A DNA stretch of 64,000 nucleotides, from assembly GCA_037137535.1 (NCBI GenBank), contig JBAXKC010000007.1, positions 1 to 64,000 on the forward strand, given 5' to 3'. Position 1 is the first letter of the stretch. The number at the start of each line of letters is the position of its first letter. The notes beneath the pieces are model-generated. The model was not told the DNA's origin. It saw nothing but the letters and a program-made list of their open reading frames with translations, and made no database searches. Shown here in pieces: positions 40,830 to 50,564 of this stretch. The position numbers were made by a program, and so were the translations under genes. Source of the stretch: a bacterium. GTDB taxonomy: Bacteria > Cyanobacteriota > Vampirovibrionia > Gastranaerophilales > JBAXKC01.

Positions 40830-41525
40830 TTGACAGACGATACAAATTCAAATAGTCATAAAATAAAAGCGATTATTAAAGAAACTGTTGAAACAATAGT
40901 CATTGTACTTGTTCTTGTCTTTTTTATTCGTCATTTTATTGCCGAGCCAAGATGGATACCTTCTGCATCAATGCACCCGACTTTAATTGAAGGAGATAGG
41001 CTTATTGTTGAAAAAATAAGTGCTTATTTTTCAACACCTAAAAGAGGCGATATTCTAGTATTTTATCCTCCTCACAGAAAGCTTGACCCTACACTATGGG
41101 GAAAATTCACTAGAACAATAGGCTTTTTCGGAAAAGACGATGCTTTTATTAAAAGAGTTATAGGCTTACCGGGTGATAACATTAAAATAACACCCGATAA
41201 CAATCTTTATATCAACGGAAAAAAATTAGATGAGCCTTATAAAATTGGTTCTTCAACTATAAGCTGTTCTTTTGCAAGATATTGCGCAGAAACCTCAATA
41301 AAAGTTCCTCCTCATTCTTATTTCATGATGGGTGATAACCGTTCAAACAGTGAAGACAGTCGTTTTTGGGGTTATTTACCTGATAATAGAATTATTGGAA
41401 AAGCTGTTTTTATATTTTGGCCATTAAACAGAATCAAAGTATTAACAAGACCAGATTATCCCAATTTAGTACCGCAACCTAATAATAGAGTTAAAAATAT
41501 TAATGAAAGAGCTACAGTTCATTGA
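40830..41525 (+). CDS. lepB: Signal peptidase I
   Basis: EPRWIPSASMHPTL..GDR, FIKRVIGLPGD, GDNR.NS.DSR. Confidence 0.95.
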   Translation: MTDDTNSNSHKIKAIIKETVETIVIVLVLVFFIRHFIAEPRWIPSASMHPTLIEGDRLIVEKISAYFSTPKRGDILVFYPPHRKLDPTLWGKFTRTIGFFGKDDAFIKRVIGLPGDNIKITPDNNLYINGKKLDEPYKIGSSTISCSFARYCAETSIKVPPHSYFMMGDNRSNSEDSRFWGYLPDNRIIGKAVFIFWPLNRIKVLTRPDYPNLVPQPNNRVKNINERATVH

Positions 41526-42471
41526 AATAATTAAAAAGACGTTACCATCTTCCTGTAAATATATCGGGGATGATACTGCTTTTTTATCGGATAAAGGAAT
41601 TATAATAACTCAAGACACGCTTGTAGAAGATGTTCATTTCAGATTAACAACTATTAGCCCCTTTCAACTCGGCTATAAATCCATCGCTGTAAACTTAAGC
41701 GACATTGCTGCAGGTGCAGCAATTGCTAAATATTGCCTTATTTCTCTTTCCTTACCTAAAAACATTAATAATGCTTTTATAGAAGGATTTTATAAAGGCG
41801 TAAAGGCTATATGTGAGTTTTTTAACGTTGATGTAATAGGTGGAGATATTACAGGGGCTGAAAAATTAACTGTAAGCATTACGGCAATAGGCTATACTGA
41901 AGGGGTACAACCTGCTTCACGCAAAAATGCAAAAGAAAATGATATTGTCTTTGTAACAGGTCATTTTGGCTCAAGCGCAGCCGGATTATGGTGTTTAGAA
42001 AATAATTACAATTCTGATAAATTTATAAAAAGCCACCTAATGCCAATGCCAAGATTGACAGAAGCCAGAAAAATCCTTGAAAAATCAAAACATCCTTTGA
42101 CTTTAATGGATGCAAGCGATGGACTTGCTGATGCTTTAGCAAAAATCTCTTCAATGAGCGAAGTATCTATGGAAATAAACGCTATAGATATTCCAATTGA
42201 CAGCGATATAAAAAATATTGCGGGAAAAGCCAATATAAATTCATATTACGACTGGATTTTATTTGGTGGAGAAGACTATGAACTTGTAGGGACAATGCCC
42301 GAAAGTTTATTTAATGAATTAAATCATAATGAATTAAACATTAAAAAAATCGGGAAAGTAATAAAAAAAGAACTTAACTCAACTGTTTTTGTCCAATTAA
42401 ATGATAAAACCCTTGAAATTAATATGGAAACGCTAAATCAACAAACTTTTGATCATTTTAAAGAGGATTAA
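41503..42471 (+). CDS. thiL: Thiamine-monophosphate kinase
   Basis: IGDDTA, VEDVHF, NLSDIAA, GGD, MDASDGL, GGEDYEL. Confidence 0.95.
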   Translation: MKELQFIEIIKKTLPSSCKYIGDDTAFLSDKGIIITQDTLVEDVHFRLTTISPFQLGYKSIAVNLSDIAAGAAIAKYCLISLSLPKNINNAFIEGFYKGVKAICEFFNVDVIGGDITGAEKLTVSITAIGYTEGVQPASRKNAKENDIVFVTGHFGSSAAGLWCLENNYNSDKFIKSHLMPMPRLTEARKILEKSKHPLTLMDASDGLADALAKISSMSEVSMEINAIDIPIDSDIKNIAGKANINSYYDWILFGGEDYELVGTMPESLFNELNHNELNIKKIGKVIKKELNSTVFVQLNDKTLEINMETLNQQTFDHFKED

Positions 42472-42473
42472 AA

Positions 42474-43157
42474 ATGAAAATTTCTGCAATTATACCCGCA
42501 GGTGGCTCTGGAAACAGGTACAGCAAAGAGAAGAATAAGCTTTTAGAACTTTTATCGGGGAAAGAAGTTTTAATAACAACTATTGAAGCTATTTTAACCT
42601 CTGATTATATTGACAATATTATAATTCCCTCCTATGAAGGAATTATTCCCTTTTTAAACAAAGCCTTACAGACTTTTCCTCATAAAGACAAAATTCAAAT
42701 CATTAATGGAGGAGACACAAGGCAAGCATCTGTTTATAATGCATTGGAGTTTTTAAATAAAACAACTAAACCTGATTATATTGTGATACATGATGGAGCA
42801 AGACCTTTAATTACAAACGATATTATCAATTCAGTAATCAAAAAAGCCATTGAAACTGATGCGGCAATCGTTGCAGTCCCTGTAAAAGATACGATTAAAA
42901 GAGCTAATAGCGAAAATTTAGTTATAGAAACGCCTAACAGAGAAGAATTATGGCAAATTCAAACCCCACAGGTCTTTAATTTTGATAAATTAATTAAGGC
43001 TCATGAAAAATACAAACAGGAAAATTTTACAGATGATGCAGCACTTATGGAAAAAGAAGGCTATAACGTGTTTCTTGTAAAAGGCTCTTATTCAAATATA
43101 AAAATAACTACCCCCGAAGATATTATTATTGCTGAGGCGTTATTGGCAATTCAGTAA
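42474..43157 (+). CDS. ispD: 2-C-methyl-D-erythritol 4-phosphate cytidylyltransferase
   Basis: AGGSGNR, GGDTRQASV, IHDGARP, QTPQVF, NIKITTPED. Confidence 0.95.
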   Translation: MKISAIIPAGGSGNRYSKEKNKLLELLSGKEVLITTIEAILTSDYIDNIIIPSYEGIIPFLNKALQTFPHKDKIQIINGGDTRQASVYNALEFLNKTTKPDYIVIHDGARPLITNDIINSVIKKAIETDAAIVAVPVKDTIKRANSENLVIETPNREELWQIQTPQVFNFDKLIKAHEKYKQENFTDDAALMEKEGYNVFLVKGSYSNIKITTPEDIIIAEALLAIQ

Positions 43158-43206
43158 AATTCAATTATAATACTTATTCAAATATCTAATAAAATAAGAG
43201 CAATAA

Positions 43207-43234
43207 GTCAATTTTTTCATGCGCTGTGTTTTTA
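43207..43234 (+). promoter_or_regulatory. GTCAA-N16-GTTTTTA upstream box
   Basis: 36 nt upstream of the 43271 ATG; identical elements upstream of 45660. Confidence 0.55.
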
Positions 43235-43270
43235 TATATATAATATATCGTTTAAAGTAGAGGATAAATA

Positions 43271-45598
43271 ATGAACACTAATAATAGTGTAAATTTTTTT
43301 TCAACAAATAATCTATATAAACTACCTGAAAAACAACTTTCTCAGGTAGCTATAAAAACTACTGAGCTTGAAAACGATAAATTTGAATTATCAACAGCCT
43401 CTAAACAACCTGAAAATAAAAAAAATAATAATTTATTAATGTATGCGACTATTTTATCAACAGCAGCAGCAACTATTCTTGGGGCAATCGTCTTACATAA
43501 AAATGGACTTTTGGCAGAAGTAAAAACTCAGTTATCTTCTAAAGAGACTCATCTTAATGAAATAAATCAAAAAGTTAAAGAAACCTTAAAAAATTCACAA
43601 GCACTTGAAAATGAATTAGCAAAATTAAAAGAACAAGCTCTTAAATCTGCTGATGAGGCTTTAAATAAAACTGTTGAAACATTACAAAAAGAAAAACAGG
43701 CTCTTGAAACAAAAGCCCAATTATTAGAACAACAACTCAAGCAAGCAAAAAATAGTAACACAGCAGAAGTTTCTGAACTTAAACAACAACTTAACATCCT
43801 AAATACCGAAAAACAAAAACTTGAGCAAAATGTTAGAAACCTTGTAGCTGAATCAAAAAGCAAAGACGGCATTATCAATTCACTTCAACAAGATATTTCA
43901 CAAATAAAAACTGCTTCCGATGAAGCTACTAAAAAACTTGCTGACTTGCAAAAATCAGCTTTAGAAGCTGCTGATCAAAAGTTAAATAAAGCTGTTGAAA
44001 TTTTACAAAAAGAAAAACAAGCTCTTGAAGAAAAAGCAAATACACTAGAGCAACAACTTCAGCAAGCAAAAAACAGTAACACAGCAGAAGTTTCTGAGCT
44101 TAACAAACAACTTAACAGTCTAAAAACCGAAAAACAAAAACTTGAACAAAATGTCAATAAACTTGTAACTGAAACAAAAAGCAAAGACGGCATTATCAGT
44201 TCACTTCAACAAAAAATTGAACAAATAAAAACGGAGTCCAATGAGGCTACTCAAAAACTTGTTAAAATAAATCAAGCCGCTTTAGAAGCTTCTGATAAAA
44301 ACTTGCAGAAGGCTGTTACAGATTTAAAAACACAAAAAGCAGAAATTGATAAATTAAATAAAGAATTAGAAGACTCTCTTAGAACTCAATCTTCAAATTC
44401 TGCTGAAATTACAAACCTAAAAGCTAAGGTTAAAGAATTAGAAAACAAAAATATAGAATTAAATAAAAATATTGGAAAAGTTGAAAATGAAATAATCTCA
44501 GGCATTCAATCCAAACTTTCTAAAGTAGAACATCCTGCCGTTGGCAAACAAGTAAAAATAAATCTTGAAAAAGACGGTGAATTTTTCATCGGAAGAGAAG
44601 CTTCACCTAGCTGTATAGAAATAACAGACAGCGGTAAAGTAAGTCGAACTCATTTAAAATTAAATATAAAAAATGGAAAAGTTGAAATAACTGATGTTTC
44701 TGCAAATGGAACACTATTAAACGGTAACATTATTCAAAAAAACAAACCAATAACGATTAACAAGTTAGATGAAATTCAAATAGACAATACTATCTATTTA
44801 TTTGACGGTAAAGAGCTTAAAACCTTAACAAATGATGCTGAAACATACAGAGAAATGTTTAATTCAGGAATTAAAGATCTTCCCTTTTATCAAGGTCAGA
44901 ATGGCAATTGCTATGCTTTAAGCGGCTTTGATTCTTTAAGAGCTATGCCAGATGCCAAATGTTATCTTGCAAACATGATTTCTAAAGAAAAAAATGGAGA
45001 TATAATTGTAAACTTTGCAGGAGTAAAAGAAGGAGCAGGAAAAAAAATAATCATAAAAGCGGCGGAACTACCTTCAATACTTAATGACCCTGAGGCAGTA
45101 ATATCCTCTAATGGTTTAAAAATAATTGAACGAGCTTATGGGCATCTTATAAAGGCTGAAAGACAATCTTTAAACCCTAATAGTAATAAGACAATGTTCT
45201 TAATGTCAGGCGGTAGACCTGGGGACTTTATGGAAGCAATTGTACCAGGAATAAAACATCTTATTTTCTGGGGAAATGATATTGGCGATATGTCTCGTGA
45301 AGCAGAGCACCTCCCTTATGCCCTAAATATGCTTAAAAGTTTTTCCGCCAATAAAGAAAGAATGGCTTTAACAGCTGCAACCAGAAGAGGAGCAGCAGGT
45401 GGACATGAGGTGATACTTAAAACAATTGGAAATTTACAAATAGCACAAACACATGCATATAGCATAAAAAATGTAGACTTGGCCAATCAAAAGATTTTAC
45501 TTGCAAATCCTTGGGATTCTAGTGAAAAGGCTTATATTGCCTTTGATGAATTCTTTAAATTATTTGGAACTATCGACAGTATAGCTATGAAAAAATAG
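43271..45598 (+). CDS. TM + duplicated coiled coil + FHA + calpain-like cysteine protease (effector-like)
   Basis: FHA: FIGR...VSRTH...TDVSANGT; protease: QGQNGNCY...HAYSI...ANPW. Confidence 0.8.
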   Translation: MNTNNSVNFFSTNNLYKLPEKQLSQVAIKTTELENDKFELSTASKQPENKKNNNLLMYATILSTAAATILGAIVLHKNGLLAEVKTQLSSKETHLNEINQKVKETLKNSQALENELAKLKEQALKSADEALNKTVETLQKEKQALETKAQLLEQQLKQAKNSNTAEVSELKQQLNILNTEKQKLEQNVRNLVAESKSKDGIINSLQQDISQIKTASDEATKKLADLQKSALEAADQKLNKAVEILQKEKQALEEKANTLEQQLQQAKNSNTAEVSELNKQLNSLKTEKQKLEQNVNKLVTETKSKDGIISSLQQKIEQIKTESNEATQKLVKINQAALEASDKNLQKAVTDLKTQKAEIDKLNKELEDSLRTQSSNSAEITNLKAKVKELENKNIELNKNIGKVENEIISGIQSKLSKVEHPAVGKQVKINLEKDGEFFIGREASPSCIEITDSGKVSRTHLKLNIKNGKVEITDVSANGTLLNGNIIQKNKPITINKLDEIQIDNTIYLFDGKELKTLTNDAETYREMFNSGIKDLPFYQGQNGNCYALSGFDSLRAMPDAKCYLANMISKEKNGDIIVNFAGVKEGAGKKIIIKAAELPSILNDPEAVISSNGLKIIERAYGHLIKAERQSLNPNSNKTMFLMSGGRPGDFMEAIVPGIKHLIFWGNDIGDMSREAEHLPYALNMLKSFSANKERMALTAATRRGAAGGHEVILKTIGNLQIAQTHAYSIKNVDLANQKILLANPWDSSEKAYIAFDEFFKLFGTIDSIAMKK
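43637..44278 (+). repeat. 321-nt (107-aa) tandem duplication in the coiled coil, with a degenerate third copy from 44279
   Basis: Units start at 43637, 43958 and 44279; AACACAGCAGAAGTTTCTGA recurs 321 nt apart. Confidence 0.9.
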
Positions 45599-45625
45599 TC
45601 AATAATTCATTTCAAATTGTTTTTA
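45598..45625 (+). promoter_or_regulatory. GTCAA-N16-GTTTTTA upstream box
   Basis: 34 nt upstream of the 45660 ATG. Confidence 0.55.
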
Positions 45626-45659
45626 AATATATATAGGCGAATTATATAAAGGAGAAACA

Positions 45660-45887
45660 ATGTCAAACGAACTTTTCAATATAGTTAATACGATTGACAA
45701 ATATATCGGCAAAAATAAAATGACTTGTTATAAATTCAACTATCCTTGCGAATATAAACGTTGTGAAGTGGCTAAATCTATTGATATTGTTGATGAGTAT
45801 AAAACTTTAAAAGAAACAGTTGAGAATTTATCCTTTCAATCTTCTGATCTCGCTTACAGCTATGTAGAAGTAAGAAACAGACGATAA
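45660..45887 (+). CDS. Small hypothetical protein with three Cys
   Basis: AAGGAG RBS; terminator follows. Confidence 0.7.
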   Translation: MSNELFNIVNTIDKYIGKNKMTCYKFNYPCEYKRCEVAKSIDIVDEYKTLKETVENLSFQSSDLAYSYVEVRNRR

Positions 45888-45907
45888 ATATTTTAATAAT
45901 ATAAACT

Positions 45908-45932
45908 AAAGCGGTTATTTAAGCCGCTTTTT
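45908..45932 (+). terminator. Intrinsic terminator
   Basis: AAAGCGGTT/AGCCGCTTT plus T-run. Confidence 0.65.
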
Positions 45933-46033
45933 GTATTTCTTGCAGATTTTGTAGAAAGTTCTCTTTTATCGTAATATAATTTTATTACAAGCTCATATTA
46001 CTGAGTATTTATTAATAAAATGAATTGAAAATT

Positions 46034-48049
46034 ATGGTTGAAGCTGCAATATCATCATATTTACCGCTATATAGAAAATACAGACCGCAAAAATTTAGTG
46101 ATCTTGTCGGACAGGAAGCAGTAACTAAAATTCTTTCTTCTGCAATAGAATTAAACAAAGTTTCCCATGCATACCTTTTTACAGGTTCAAGAGGAACAGG
46201 AAAAACTTCTTCCGCAAGGATTTTTGCAAAGTCTTTAAATTGCGAAAAAGGCCCGACTCCAAGTCCATGTGGAGTTTGCGCAAGTTGCACGGATATAACC
46301 GCAGGCAGAGCTGTTGATGTAATAGAAATCGATGCCGCAAGCAATCGTAGCGTTGAACATGCCAGAAACATTCTTGAAAAAGTACAATTTGCACCAGTTG
46401 CAGGCAAATATAAAGTCTATATCATAGATGAAGTGCATATGCTTTCAAAAGAAGCCTTTAATACTTTATTAAAAACGCTGGAAGAACCGCCTAAAAATTT
46501 GGTATTTATACTTGCAACGACCGAAACTCATAAAGTTCTTGAAACTATCGTATCTCGTTGTCAAAGGTTTGATTTTAAAAGAATTAAAACCGAGCTGATC
46601 GTCGGACTTCTACAAGAAATCTCAAAAATTGAAAATATTAACATAAACGATGAAGCCTTATTTATAATTGCAAGAAAAGCTCAAGGAGGTTTAAGGGATG
46701 CTCTTAGCCTTTTAGATCAGGTAAGTATTTTATCCTTGACAGGTAAGCAAATAACCGAAGAAGATGTCCTTAAAATGTTGGGAAGCCTTTCTGAAGAAAC
46801 GCTTTATGAAATAACTCAGGCTCTTGCGGAAAAGAACATTCAAAGTTTGCTTAAATTTTTAGATTATCTTTACGAAAAAGGAAATGAACCTGTTCAGATA
46901 ATCCGTGAACTTATAGGCTATTTTAGAAATCTTATGCTTGTGAAAACTTCAGATAATTATTCTGAAATTAAAGAATTGGTATTAAGCGGAGAAGAGTTTT
47001 ATTCAAAGCTGAAAACTCAATCAGCTATCTTTGAAACTATTGAAATTACACAAATTATTGAAAAACTTGCAGAATGTGAAAGAGCGTTAAAAAACTCATC
47101 ACAACAGGGGTTATGGATTGAAACAGGCTTAATATCTATATGTCACAGGCATGACATTCAAGTTATAAAAAATCTTGAAGAAAGAATAGAAAAACTTGAG
47201 AGTCTTATTTTATCTGGCAATATTCCTACTCAAAGAGTAAATACAACTTATGAAAAGCCGATTACAAGCTTTACTGCTCCAATCGTAAAAGAAATTGAAC
47301 TGCCTGAAAAAACTAAAGAACCTGCAATTACAACAGAAGTAAAAGCTCCAGTTATTCAAACTACTCCAAAAATTGAACCCGCAAGACAAGAAGAACCAAA
47401 ACCGATACTGATAAAAGAAGAAAAACCACAAGAAACTCAAAGTGCCCAAAGTGTTTCCTCAATTACTTCTGTCTCAAAAGAAGATTTAATAGCAAACTGG
47501 AAGCTCTTATTGAAAAATATTACAAGCCCACCCACAATGAGCTTGTTTATGCAGCTTTCGACCCCCGTTGAAATAACTGCTGATAGAATTATTGTTACTT
47601 TTAAAGATGAAACATGGGTAAAGAAAATTCAGGATGAAGGCAAAGCAGAAATGCTTGAAAAAGCTGCTATTGCTTTATTTGGAAAAGCTCCTAGGCTTAT
47701 TATCAGAACACCTATGCCTGAAGATAAAGCAAATATAAAAGCTGATAAAATATCTATAAGCTCACAACCTGTTACAGAAGTACAAAAGCCGAAGCCTGCT
47801 CCTCAACAAGCAGCACCTGCTGTAGAAACGCATACTTATGATCAAATAACTTCTGATATTGTTGAAGAACGCACCGAAAAAATTGTTAAAAGATCCGATG
47901 ACGTGAAAAATGTATCTTCCTCTTCTGATGATCTGACGGATGACGATTTAGAAGAGATACAAACAACCGCCCCGCAGATTGTTAGAACAAATCTTCCCGA
48001 GACGGCTGTACATCTTTTAAATGTGTTTAACGGTAAACTTATTGATTAA
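46034..48049 (+). CDS. dnaX: DNA polymerase III subunit gamma/tau
   Basis: LYRKYRPQ, GSRGTGKT, EIDAASN, IIDEVHML, SRCQ. Confidence 0.97.
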   Translation: MVEAAISSYLPLYRKYRPQKFSDLVGQEAVTKILSSAIELNKVSHAYLFTGSRGTGKTSSARIFAKSLNCEKGPTPSPCGVCASCTDITAGRAVDVIEIDAASNRSVEHARNILEKVQFAPVAGKYKVYIIDEVHMLSKEAFNTLLKTLEEPPKNLVFILATTETHKVLETIVSRCQRFDFKRIKTELIVGLLQEISKIENININDEALFIIARKAQGGLRDALSLLDQVSILSLTGKQITEEDVLKMLGSLSEETLYEITQALAEKNIQSLLKFLDYLYEKGNEPVQIIRELIGYFRNLMLVKTSDNYSEIKELVLSGEEFYSKLKTQSAIFETIEITQIIEKLAECERALKNSSQQGLWIETGLISICHRHDIQVIKNLEERIEKLESLILSGNIPTQRVNTTYEKPITSFTAPIVKEIELPEKTKEPAITTEVKAPVIQTTPKIEPARQEEPKPILIKEEKPQETQSAQSVSSITSVSKEDLIANWKLLLKNITSPPTMSLFMQLSTPVEITADRIIVTFKDETWVKKIQDEGKAEMLEKAAIALFGKAPRLIIRTPMPEDKANIKADKISISSQPVTEVQKPKPAPQQAAPAVETHTYDQITSDIVEERTEKIVKRSDDVKNVSSSSDDLTDDDLEEIQTTAPQIVRTNLPETAVHLLNVFNGKLID

Positions 48050-49056
48050 ACCGCAAAATTATAAGTATCTTCCTTTTTAAGCTGTCTTGTCATAAGTTTT
48101 TTAATCACGTCTTCCGGTGAAATATCGGTATAAACAGCTTCATAGATAACATCTGAAACTGGTGTTTCTATATTTAACTTTTTAGAAAGCTCGCAAACAG
48201 CTTTTGTAGTTTTTACACCTTCCGCAACAGAACCAAGCTCTTTTAAAATATCATCAAGTTTTTTTCCTTGACCTAGTTTATAGCCGACTTGATAATTTCT
48301 GCTTAAAGGACTTGAACAAGTTGCTATTAAATCACCAATGCCCGAAAGACCGTATAATGTACTCGGATTAGCTCCAAGTTCTACGCTAAGTCTTACTATT
48401 TCAGCAAGTCCACGAGTTAAAATAGCCCCTCTTGCATTATCACCAAGATTCATAGCACTTACAAATCCCGAAGCAATAGCAATTACGTTTTTAAGACTTC
48501 CGCCAAACTCTACACCGGCGACATCAGAGTTTGAATACAATCTGAATTTACCTGGGACTGTTAATTTTTGTTGAACTAATTCGGCGGTTTCACTATCTTT
48601 AGAAGCAACTGACGCTGCGGTCGGCAAGCCTTTTAACACTTCTACAGCTAAAGTAGGTCCTGAAAGAACAACAACAGGATTATCGGGAAGTTCTTGCGAT
48701 ATAACTTCGCTCATTCTGTATAAACCAGGTAATTCGAGGCCTTTAGAAGTATTAACAAGAATTTGCTTATCTGTTAAGCCTGCTTCTTTTAATTTTTTAC
48801 AAACATCTCTAACTCCGGAAGTAGCAATAACCATTAATATTATTGAAGCATCTTTGATTGCTTCATTCAAATTTGAAGTAAGTTGAACTTTATCTGCAAG
48901 TTGCACTTCTACAGGCTTTGAAAGTTTTTTTGTAGACTTAAACTCTTCAGTCAAATCCTGTTCTCTTGCCCAGAGTGTAACTTCTTCAAAGTTATCGGTT
49001 AAAAGCCTTGTTAATGTTGAGCCCCAAGCACCTGCTCCAAGAACTGTAAGTTTCAT
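48046..49056 (-). CDS. gpsA: NAD(P)H-dependent glycerol-3-phosphate dehydrogenase
   Basis: GAGAWG, SGPT.A.EV, GGSLKNVIAI, GDLIATC.S..SRN. Confidence 0.96.
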   Translation of the reverse strand: MKLTVLGAGAWGSTLTRLLTDNFEEVTLWAREQDLTEEFKSTKKLSKPVEVQLADKVQLTSNLNEAIKDASIILMVIATSGVRDVCKKLKEAGLTDKQILVNTSKGLELPGLYRMSEVISQELPDNPVVVLSGPTLAVEVLKGLPTAASVASKDSETAELVQQKLTVPGKFRLYSNSDVAGVEFGGSLKNVIAIASGFVSAMNLGDNARGAILTRGLAEIVRLSVELGANPSTLYGLSGIGDLIATCSSPLSRNYQVGYKLGQGKKLDDILKELGSVAEGVKTTKAVCELSKKLNIETPVSDVIYEAVYTDISPEDVIKKLMTRQLKKEDTYNFAV

Positions 49057-49068
49057 AACTATTTCCTC

Positions 49069-49692
49069 TTACTTTCTTACTTTATTTTCTGTTCCGGCAA
49101 TTAAACGCTGAATGTTTTCTCTATGAAGCCATGTAATATATAAACCACCGATAAGACAGTAAATAACATAGCTTAAAGGCTGTTTGAACAGCCACATCCA
49201 CAATGGTGTAAGCAACACAGCGATTATGGATGAAATAGATACTATTTTTGTTGAATAGGTGATAATACTCCATAACAAAGCAGTAATAAGCCCAACAGGC
49301 CAATAAAGACCGAAAATCGTACCTACTCCTGATGCTACGGATTTTCCACCTTTAAATCCAAGAAATAATGATTTACTATGACCAATAATAACTGCAACTG
49401 AAGCTAAAACCGGTAATATATGAGAATGTGGGAATAAATTAAATTTAACTTCAACATATTTTGCCAGTACAACAGGAAGGATTCCTTTAACTGCGTCTAT
49501 GAACATTACAACGAAAAAGGCCCAAGAGCCAAGTACACGCTTAACATTCGTAGCCCCAGTACTGCCGCTGCCTATTTTTCTTAAATCTTCGCCTTTTAAG
49601 GCTCTTACTAGCAAATAACCTGTTGGGAATGCACCCATGATATAGGCAATAGCGATAAATATAAGGCTATACCCGATTGAATGAAAATTCAT
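49069..49692 (-). CDS. plsY: Glycerol-3-phosphate 1-O-acyltransferase
   Basis: GSGSTGATN, FKGGKSVA, HRENIQRL. Confidence 0.95.
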   Translation of the reverse strand: MNFHSIGYSLIFIAIAYIMGAFPTGYLLVRALKGEDLRKIGSGSTGATNVKRVLGSWAFFVVMFIDAVKGILPVVLAKYVEVKFNLFPHSHILPVLASVAVIIGHSKSLFLGFKGGKSVASGVGTIFGLYWPVGLITALLWSIITYSTKIVSISSIIAVLLTPLWMWLFKQPLSYVIYCLIGGLYITWLHRENIQRLIAGTENKVRK

Positions 49693-49892
49693 AAAAACTT
49701 CCCTATACTAACTATTCATATACAAATAAGACTATGACTCATAAAAACTAAAAATAAGAAGTTAATGATAATATTTCAAATTAGAGCTTTTATAGGTAAT
49801 ACATCAATTTCTTAACTTTTATTCTATCGAAAAATCAGTTAATATGATACTTTGTTATAGGATTTTTACAATATGAGCTTTTGTTTTTAATT

Positions 49893-50390
49893 ATGAGTAA
49901 TTTACAGTTTGAAAATGTTTTAGATAATAAATTAATTGAGATGGTAGAAGAACTTGCAAAAGAAATCTGGAGCGAACACTATACAGAAATAATCGGCGAA
50001 GCTCAAGTAAAATATATGGTTGATAAGTTTCAATCACAAAGTGCTATAAATCAGCAAATTCAACAAGGACTAATTTATTACCTCATAAAATATAAAGATA
50101 ATTATATTGGATATTTTGCCGTAGAGATAAAAAATAAAGAATTGTTTTTAAGTAAGTTATATATAAAGGCAGAATATCAAAACCAAGGATTAGGAAAACA
50201 ATCTTTTGATTTTATAGAAGAGCTGGCAAAAGAAAAAAAATTAATGTTAATTTCTCTTAACGTAAATAAAAACAACATAAACTCAATTAAAGCATATAAA
50301 AAATACGGATTTATTATAGTTAATGAAATAATCCAAGACATAGGCAATAACTTTGTCATGGATGATTATGCAATGCAAAAAATAATATAA
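49893..50390 (+). CDS. GNAT acetyltransferase
   Basis: LSKLYI..YQNQGLG, LNVNKNN..SIKAY. Confidence 0.9.
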   Translation: MSNLQFENVLDNKLIEMVEELAKEIWSEHYTEIIGEAQVKYMVDKFQSQSAINQQIQQGLIYYLIKYKDNYIGYFAVEIKNKELFLSKLYIKAEYQNQGLGKQSFDFIEELAKEKKLMLISLNVNKNNINSIKAYKKYGFIIVNEIIQDIGNNFVMDDYAMQKII

Positions 50391-50564
50391 TATAATTATT
50401 AATAAACAAATAAAGGTAATTATATACTTATAAATTTAAGTATAGATTAGAGAGATTTATTAATTAAAATAGTATTTAAATAGGTTTTAATCTCTTTTAA
50501 AAAAGGAATAAGAAAACATGTAATCTTATTTAAGAAAAATTATTTTGTTTTATATTGGATTGAG

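Noticed and set aside
47100-47500. Programmed -1 frameshift in dnaX
   Set aside because: I could not identify a convincing A AAA AAG site with stimulatory elements at the expected position
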